Source of the DNA: Octopus vulgaris
Lineage: Eukaryota
Reading direction: 5' to 3'
NCBI GenBank assembly: GCA_951406725.2
Contig: OX597816.1
Coordinates: 80,662,001-80,726,000 of the forward strand
DNA length: 64,000 nt
Each line of letters begins with the position of its first letter. The first letter of the stretch is position 1. The position numbers and the translations under genes are program-made. Shown in pieces: positions 54,538 through 64,000 of this stretch. The notes beneath the pieces were generated by a model. The model had not been told where the DNA came from. It saw only the letters and a list, made by a program, of their open reading frames with translations, and searched no databases.

Positions 54538-54887
54538 AGAAGGAGAAGAAGAAGAAGAAGAAGAAGAAGAAGAAGAAGAAGAAGAAGAAGAAGAAGAAGA
54601 AGAAGAAGGAGAAGAAGCAGAAGAAGAAGAAGAAGAAGAAGAAGAAGGAGGAGGAGGAGGAGGAGGAGGAGGAGAAGAAGCAGAAGAAGAAGAAGAAGAA
54701 GAAGAAGAAGAAGAAGGCGGAGGAGGAGGGAGGAGAAGAAGCAGAAGCAGAAGAAGCAGAAGTAGAAGAAGAAGAAGAAGAAGAAGAAGAAGAAGAAGAA
54801 GAAGAAGAAGAAGAAGAAGAAGAAGAAGAAGAAGAAGAAGAAGAAGAAGAAGAAGAAGAAGAAGAAGAAGAAGAAGAAGAAGAAGAA
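54538..54887 (+). repeat. ~350-bp (GAA)n/(GAG)n polypurine microsatellite
   Basis: Seen directly; near-pure GAA with GAG/GCA interruptions. Confidence 0.98.
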
Positions 54888-55325
54888 AATAACGCGTGAG
54901 TGCCATGATAGTAGATGGATGTAAAAGGTCAAGTGCTCTGAAAGTGAACTGCTTTGGATGTAGTAGTGATTGAATTATTGAGCTTTCTCTTTTGAATATA
55001 TTGTTTAGAATATTTGTGTAGGTGTTGTATGTGTGTGTAATACAAATCCCAACGCTCTAAAAGGAAGAAAAAATAAAAAGGAGAAGGAAATTCACACATG
55101 AAGTTCGTCCAAGTTTTCACTATATTCCACCTATAAGAAATGTATGACTTTTAAATGTTTACTATATCTCACACTGTATCAGCTGATGATTTCTAATAGG
55201 TTTATACATGATTACTACAGACTAAAAATTTTTATCGATTTCGTAATAAATGTGGAACGGCCCAAAGATAAATGATTAGGCTAAGGACACGCACACACAC
55301 ACACACACGCACATGCACACATATA

Positions 55326-55370
<45 letters not shown>

Positions 55371-55905
55371 ATTCGTATTAAACTAACATATTATTGTATA
55401 TGTTTTTAGAAGAGTACATATTTAGTTTTACAAGGAAAAGAGTGGCCTTACTATCATTATTACTACAGCTAAGGCATTTTCCAGTCATTTCTAGCATCTA
55501 AAACGACAGTGCATTTTCTTGAGCTGTATATGAAGTCATCTAATTAGAAAAGAAAAATCAAATTCCAAGCTGTTTCTTGAAAGTTTACATGAAAATTATT
55601 TCCTTGTTTCTCTAGCTTAGCATGTTCGTAGAGTATTAAAAAGTAAATCTTTAACACTTTCCGATCGTAGCCATATCTACCTCATTGTGATAGGTTCTTT
55701 TTCCTTTATTTCCAAGCCGAGCATGTCCGATACAACGGTGAAAGGAAGCGGAGTTGTGTTTTACATTTATCTAGACGTTGTCTTTCTTCTTTTGCATGAT
55801 ATCAATTTTATCATTCATTGCTCCAGGCGCAGGGAAATTAATCATGAGGAATGTATTAGACTCAAGTGAATCTAATACTCCTCCTCTCCACACACACACA
55901 CACAC

Positions 55906-55948
<43 letters not shown>

Positions 55949-56983
55949 CATATACACGGGCCCGCACGCACACACACACACACATAATGGGTGTGGGTGA
56001 GTATACACGTGTGTATAAGGTGATGCGGTATTTATTGTGTAGTAGTGAATGCAACTATTCAGATATAGGACTTCATCTACTACCACTGGCTAACAATGTG
56101 GTGACATGGGAAGCAATATAGCGCACGAGTCTCCCCTCACATTACATGGAATTTCCCTCATTAAAAACGTTTACCTAGCTCCCTTCTCAGAATACATGTT
56201 AACTGGTTACTTTCAAACCCAAAGCTAACTTGGCAAGGATCTCAGGGCATCAGTTACCAGAGATATAGTGTACTATCCATTTCCGTTGGATATGCTTTGA
56301 TGCTTATCAGCCTTGCAAATCCATGAGAACGAAGACTAGTAGTGTATACTCTGTGATAAACAGAAGCTATGGTAATGTGCTTTAAGGGGTTTCTGCAGAT
56401 AGAACATCCGGCAGCACTCTGAACTGGAAAGACGTACCAGTTTTATTAGGTTACATTTACCACAGCAATTATCACGTTTAAAGAGAAGATAGTGTTACTG
56501 GGAACTGCACATTCCAACACATTACAGAACTTCATTTCGTAGGCATCCTCTCTATTGTATCTATAATCCTAAAGAGAAAAACATTGAGAATATGACGTAG
56601 TGTAAATTGGCCGGAATATTGTGAAGTCTACTCACAAGGGATTGATTGGCTTAAGGCTCTAGTAGATGATATTTGCCCAACTTATCACGTAACGAAAACC
56701 AGAAATTGCATGAATGCGAAGCAAACTTGTAAGCTACACATATTCATTTATACATTAAATGAGAAATATTATACGTCATATTTCTAATAAAGGTAATGCA
56801 AATTTTACACAAATTTATTTAAGTAAATATATACATGAATGCCGTTTACAATATTAAAATTGTATTGAATCATAATTTTTCAGAAAATTATTCATTCCTA
56901 ACTTTTGATGATTTTTTATTCATATTATTCTGGAACATGTATGACTGCGTACATATATATGAAATTTGGAGGGCATACATATT

Positions 56984-57106
<123 letters not shown>

Positions 57107-57148
57107 TTATATACATATATATATATATATATATACACACATGCATAC

Positions 57149-57179
<31 letters not shown>

Positions 57180-57624
57180 CTTACATACATACATACATTC
57201 ATACATACATACATATATACACATACATGCACACACATATGTATGTGTCTATGTATGACAGGAAAACGGAATTGTAGAAAGAAAAGTGAGATAAGAGCAC
57301 ATGCAGGTGTGTATTTATATAATAAAGCATACGCATGCTTTGACACGCACATATCATAAGCATGCAATGTAAATGTATATGATTAACAGCGCTATTTACG
57401 TTTGAAAGTTTTGTCTGAGTGAATGCTGAACGTTAGAAATTTTGCAGCTGGTGCTACTCTGCAACTGATGCCAGGTCTGGCAATGTGAAAAAGGTTTATA
57501 GCCACCAATTATATCATGATTCCCCATAAAAGTCACTTCAGCGTGCTTTGAAAAGACAATGTATTCCATAAAATTTTGTTGCATGCTCTTAACCCTTTCT
57601 GTCATTCCTCTGCAGAGCACTGCC

Positions 57625-57687
57625 CTTTCTTCTTCTTCATCTTCTCCTTCTTCTTCTTCTTCTTATTATTATTATTATTATTATTAT

Positions 57688-57744
<57 letters not shown>

Positions 57745-57830
57745 TGGTGGTGGTGGTGGTGGTTGGGTTGGTGGTGGTGGTTTTGGTGGTGGTAGTGGTT
57801 GGGATTAGAAGGTGGAGGAGGAGGGGAGCT
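57625..57830 (+). repeat. Compound trinucleotide microsatellite (TTC)(TTA)(TAG)(TGG)(GGA)
   Basis: Seen directly. Confidence 0.95.
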
Positions 57831-59361
57831 GGGTAGGAGGACAATTATTGTTTTACTTTCGGCCTTCGTCTAACGTAACATAACTTAATACAGCGATCAG
57901 CTCTCATATCATCGCCACCATTAACCATATTTCTATCTCCATACTATTATTAATCTCTCTGCAAAGCAATCATTATTATTATTACCTTTACCAGCACCAT
58001 CCTCTTTGTCCATATTTCCACCACATATGATTATCCTTCTATTTGCTATAACACTTGCTATTCCATTGCCAAATCTCTACTTCGTACGTTTTAATAGCAC
58101 CACGAAAGATCCTACGTTTCTACCACTACAAATAGAGGAAATCAACTTTCTATTATTTGCACTACTACCATGGACACTATTCAACGAGGAAGGCCTTCAC
58201 CTAATCGATATAGCTTCAAGAAATAGTTAATTCAAATCTCAACCCACTGTGTATTTAGATTTCACAGTGGACAATCTCGAGCTGGCTACCCTACATATGA
58301 GGAATAACGCAAGCTAGTCACAGCCGAAATGCCTTCGATCAGATAACTGTTCGAGCCAGGGGTTAAATAACAAGAAAAACAGCCGAACATCATAACTACC
58401 ACCGTGTACTCTAAACACAATCTGTATTGAGCATCATCACAAAGTCTAGTACAAACACCAATACAACATTAATAGATACATGTCGGTAGTAGACTATGGT
58501 GAAGCTGGTGTGTGATGTTCGACAGCATTGAACGCATCAATGCATACTGATTATCAACAACAGTCTGTTTTATCGGTAGAGAAATCAAAAAGTAGAATCA
58601 ATCTTTTATGATGCTCCATTAGTGATAGTGAAAGAGCTGACAAAATAAATCGCACACTTGTGGCCGTTCCCTCTTCCTTTGTTCGCTTGCCATATGGAGT
58701 TGATTAATGATCGCTTTGGCATTTTAAAGCAGGCTGTTAGTGCGGATAAGACAGCACTGGGCTAGTTAGGACTCTGTGTGCTGGGCTTGGTTGGGTTGGA
58801 ATTCAAATGGAATGGAATGCTTACACTCAAACCAATTATGACTATATGTTTCGATTAAAAATGAGCTGTTCTTTCTTTCTGACAGACTAACATAAAATTC
58901 ACGGTTCTTTTTATTTCGAGTAGCTATTACAAAGTCTTCTAATCTTAGAGACAAGTAGCGAAATAAAGTGGCTCTTATGAATGGTGACAGGAGAAATGTC
59001 CTTGTTCTGTGTATAATTCCCACTTTTCGGCGTTTTGATGTTCTGTCGATTCGATCTGCTTTTGTAATTGCAGATAGCATGTATCAATATTTCGGAATTT
59101 CCTAAAAGATCTTTTTGTGGAGATTTATTTCCATGTCAACGAGAAGTTTGTAATTATAGACACACATTCCTTCACTTGTAAAATATGCCTCTTATTTCCA
59201 TTCAATAAGTATACACTAAAATGTCAATAAAAGAGAGATTTATTGTCAGCTGTTGGTTGTTTTCTTTACGTTAATGTATTAGAATATACACATACATTTA
59301 TCAACTTCTCTCCCCTCTCAACCTCACAATTTCTCTCCCCCTTCGCTTTCTGTGTACGCGA

Positions 59362-59393
<32 letters not shown>

Positions 59394-59592
59394 GTTGATA
59401 AACACATTATTACCACATGTACGTTTCTCTTAAGATAAAGTGTATAAACATATGTTTCTGAATATACATATACAGAGAAACGGAACGGTTTGTAAGTAGG
59501 TAGGTATACATACCTTTCGATTGATCGATAGGTAAACGGGCAGGAAAAAGATAGATAGACAGATATATAGACAGACAGACAGAAAAACAGGG

Positions 59593-59675
<83 letters not shown>

Positions 59676-59770
59676 CAGACAGATAGATCACACAGAAATC
59701 CATAAAGCGTAAAAAACTGATAGAAAAACAGTTCTTAGATTATATAAATGTGTATGTGTATAAGTGCATG

Positions 59771-59837
<67 letters not shown>

Positions 59838-60134
59838 TATATAAGTACACGCACAGGCATACTCACGCATGAATTTATATAAATATAAAAACCCTTGCGT
59901 ACACCTATGATAATAATAAATGTATATGGGCTTAAAGTTGTTTTATATATATATATCATCTATTTGTGTAACTGCGTCTACGTCTGCTTGCGTATTTGAA
60001 TGTTTATGTCGGGTATTGGTTGTATCAATTATATCAATAAACGATTGCCTGTTGTAAAACATTCTGATAATGATTATGAAATATTTATTGGGAAATTTCT
60101 GGTTATAATAGACTCATTACCAATAATGATGGTG

Positions 60135-60157
60135 GCGATGATGATGATGAACATAAC

Positions 60158-60219
<62 letters not shown>

Positions 60220-60253
60220 CAATAATAATAATAATAACAATAATAATAATAAC

Positions 60254-60316
<63 letters not shown>
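60135..60316 (+). repeat. (AAT)n microsatellite
   Basis: Seen directly. Confidence 0.97.
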
Positions 60317-60329
60317 TTCTAACAATGCA

Positions 60330-60510
60330 ACAAAGCCACGCATTTTGTGTGAGATACAATAGATTATATTGATTCCTGTATCTGAATGATATTTTATCGA
60401 TTCTGGAATGATGAAAGGTAAAGTCAGCCTAAGCGGTATTTGAACTCCGTATGTAAAGGGACATAACTAAATACAGGAAGGTATTTTGTCTGGCATTCCA
60501 GCAATTTTCT
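60330..60510 (-). mobile_element. Degenerate SINE family 1 copy after (AAT)n
   Basis: TTTTATCGA..GATGAAAGGTAAAGTCAGCCT..ATTTGAACTC. Confidence 0.6.
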
Positions 60511-60566
60511 TACACACCACTCCTTCCTCGCTCCAATTTTATTTTTAGCTGGTTATTCCATTTCCC

Positions 60567-60640
60567 GAGACGCAGTGGCCAACTGGATAAGCTATTCGAT
60601 TACTTGTTCAGGTACCATGAGTTCAAATCCACTGTTGGCA
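60567..60640 (+). pseudogene. Degenerate tRNA-like sequence (tRNA pseudogene or isolated SINE head)
   Basis: GTGGCCAACTGGATAAG (A box/D arm) and GAGTTCAAATCC (B box/T loop) at tRNA-like spacing; acceptor and anticodon stems pair poorly. Confidence 0.35.
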
Positions 60641-63141
60641 ATCCGCCACCTTATATCATATTTACTCCAATATTATCATTGCCTCTGTGCCAACAATAAC
60701 AATTATTATATATGATGCAATAACTCAAGATTTATACTTGTATGCAACATACAGTAAGTTGCACTTTTAATCATAGTACAGTATTGCGGGAAGCAAAATC
60801 AGAGTTGCACACGGGTGCCACTACTGCCACTCCTGAAACAACAATGCTTGAAAATAGAAATAATCGGCATAGTAATAGATGTCACGGCATTCATTTAGAT
60901 AATAGGCAGACAAATACATAATCGGATTCACACCAAATAGAAAATTGCCCAGCTAGCCTCTCCGCATACACACATTATACAGTACCACCGTTACAAAGAG
61001 AGGTAATTTTAAACGACTGCACGGAGAGAATGCGGAGAAACTATGCAATAAAGTGAAAAGAGTGAATAAAAGAAATATGGATTTCTCAGAAAGGTTCAAA
61101 GCCATAAATTTTGGGAAAGGAACCAAGCAATCGTATTGGCCTAGATGCTTGTCTGCTATTTATTTCATCCACTTCAGAATGATGAAATACAAACTATAAA
61201 TAAATATCGCAAAGAATTTCGTTCGTGTTCTAAGTATTCGGTCATATTCACACTGCCAAGTATTTGTTATTGAAAATAGCTTCTGAAATAGATTATGAGA
61301 CATCTCTTTGCAACCAAATATGGGGCCAGTGACCAGATACGATCGTAATATATATATACACCAAGTGTTTGAGGCGGAGTTTATGGTTTAATATTTTGCT
61401 TTATCAATGGAGGCAGAGCAGTACTCATAATATTTTCAAGTTCTCAGATAATGTTAGGGAGAAAACCAGAGACCTGACGTGAATGTCGCAACCGAGTGGA
61501 ACCAGATAAAGGCAGCTAAAGACCATGTAGTCGTGATAAAATAGTCGATCGGTGATTATCACTACTAGGAACCGTTCCTCCGGCGTATTTCCATATAGTT
61601 TCTATATATGAAATTCTACTGCCAAGGTCTCGGTCAACACAAGAGGATTCGAGAGCACACTTGACAAAGTCGCCGCACAGTGACAGACTCGAAGCTAAAG
61701 AATCAGAAAGATTGAATATTTCTCAATGTTTGCAAAACGACTGAAAAAAACATTTGAACACATAAATAAAATTACACTTTATTTTTCATAGGATCATTGC
61801 AAAAACAACAAACCAGTATTTTCATTAGACTGAGGTCCGTAGTGAAAGACTATTTTAACAATTGCAATTCTCTTTAACATTACAATAGTAAAAGGCCACA
61901 TTCTGTCGGGGAGTTTCCAGTCAAATTAACCAACTCAGTAAATTATTTATTATTTTGATCCCACACGGATAAAAATGCAAATTTATTAAGGCAAGGTAAC
62001 CAGATTAATTAGCGCTTAGCATATAAACTAAATGCCATAATATTTATTCTGTACACAGCATTTTGTATAAATTACTAGCATGGGCATTTTGCCAGAAATT
62101 TGGGCGATATGATATAGCCCATTTAGATCGATCTTCAGAAATTTACATCTACTTTATTTATCGACCCTGAAAACATGAAATGGTAATGCCAACCAGAGCA
62201 GGTTTTGAAAATATAATATAAAGTGATGCAACTTAAAACCATGGAGAATTCTATTTGATTCTCTAAATATCTGTAATGTCTATATATGTATGTCTTTATC
62301 TGCCTATCTAGCCACCTACTTACCTTCCTAATCTACCAACATAATTGACGTTCTGCTTATCTCTACCACTATATTTATTGCTGCGCACGTCTCTTTATCT
62401 AGTAATCATCATCATCTTCATCATCATCATCGTCATCATCATCATCATCGTCACCATCATCATTAGCAGCAGGAACAATGGAGAGCTACATGATCAAGGC
62501 GCCACCATAGCCGCCACACTTTAGCAGAAAAATGCATAAATGCGGGGTTGCGACGTTTGGTTTCAATCTGACAGACATATTTACATTAGCAATGGTAGCG
62601 CGAATATTACGTAAAATTATAGTTATCAATATTTTTACCACCACCACCACCACCACCAAAATCACAACTGCAAACATCATCATCGTCATCATTGTCAGCA
62701 TCATAGTTTTGATTTGATTTGATTTTTTTTTTTTACCATTCCGTAATGCTATGAACCTATAATCATTACTTTGGAAATAATGAATGTAAAATGAATTTAT
62801 GCTTCAATTGTTAGCAGCGGTTGATGCGTTAAGGCTGTGTGATCATTGTAAACTCTTTTGCTTTGTTTGGGAATGTTGAATCAGAAATGTTATGAACAAC
62901 TTTCGTTTTAATCTCTATGAAAACTCACCAAAGAAATATAGTGATGTGTTTGTCTGCGTATGTGGAAAGGTGTATTTGTGTCTATGTGGTGTTTGGGTAT
63001 ATGATAGTGTGTGTGGGGGCGGTTATGATGTGGGAGGGTCGTGTTTGTTTTGTGATTTGTTGGTGATTTTTGCCAAATTATAATTCTAAACAATTGTTTA
63101 TAATATTTCTTATTCACACTCGTTCCTTCCCATTACACTGC

Positions 63142-63172
<31 letters not shown>

Positions 63173-63314
63173 TTTCTCTCAATCCAAATCTATTGCTTTT
63201 TTGCTTTTTAATCCTTATCTTTTTGTTTTTAGTTTAATTTCCAGTTATCAATCATATCCATCCAACTGTTCATCTGTCCATCTATGTATGTATGTATGTA
63301 TGTATGTATGTATG

Positions 63315-63378
<64 letters not shown>

Positions 63379-63654
63379 CGTATAGTTTTATCTATGTCCG
63401 TCTATTCATGTATCTACCTATCCATCCATCCATCTATCTATCCTTCTATTTATCCACCTGTCTATATATTTCTCCGTGTATCCATGCATTATTCCTTCTA
63501 TCTATGCATTTATCCATTACACTCTCATTTTATCTATTTATGTACCTATCTATCAATTCATCCATCTACGTATACATTTATACATCTGGCTGTTTATCTC
63601 CTCCGCCTTGTCTCTCTCCCTTTCTATCTGTCTATCTATCTATCTATCTATCTA

Positions 63655-63709
<55 letters not shown>

Positions 63710-63742
63710 GTCTGTCTATCTATCTCTCTTTCTTTTTCTATC

Positions 63743-63945
63743 TTTTACTTGTTTCAGTCATTTGACTGCGGCCATGCTGGAGCACCGCCTTTAATCGAGC
63801 AACTCGACCCCGGGACTTTATTCTTTTGTAAGCCCAGTACTTATTCTATCGGTATCTTTTGCCGAACCGCTAAGTAACGGGGACATAAACACACCAGCAT
63901 CGGTTGTCAAGCAATGCTAGGGGGACAAACACAGACACACAAAAC
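63743..63945 (-). mobile_element. SINE family 3, 3' part (continues into the microsatellite at the window edge)
   Basis: TTTTACTTGTTTCAGTCATTTGACTGCGGCCATGCT...GTAAGCC.AGTACTTATTCTA..GAACCGCTAAG matches 45687-45870. Confidence 0.85.
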
Positions 63946-63956
63946 TCACACACACA

Positions 63957-64000
<44 letters not shown>

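Noticed and set aside
54373-54932. Poly-L/S/R/K/E/F ORFs
   Set aside because: Artefacts of the (GAA)n tract.
62485-62572. Minus-strand NPA codons after a possible AG acceptor (IETKRRNPAFMH) as an aquaporin exon
   Set aside because: Context is neither SGxHxNPAVT nor NPARS, and the frame closes with a stop.

Overview
AT-rich, microsatellite-saturated eukaryotic DNA; the SINE/LINE content and (AT)n/(ATT)n density point to an octopod cephalopod (inference, not searched). Nearly all ORFs in the supplied track are microsatellite translations. I can support one host coding segment: a 205-nt internal exon of a classical (AQP1/AQP4-type) aquaporin on the minus strand (42347-42551), with no neighbouring exon recognised by eye. 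The rest is intron-like DNA containing a nested retroelement cluster in (ATT)n tracts at 12.7-17.4 kb (two Dong/R4-type LINE fragments, one L1/Tx1-type LINE, tandem SINEs, an unclassified 560-bp insert), two CR1-type LINE relics, a deleted Chapaev3-type DNA transposon, a MITE and three tRNA-derived SINE families. The most notable signal is a set of small non-coding, microsatellite-embedded elements carrying type I hammerhead ribozyme motifs: best preserved at 43695-43756 and 45442-45481 inside fold-back elements, with core-variant motifs at 7852, 39389, 45380 and 54343. They resemble Penelope-like pLTR or retrozyme-type elements.
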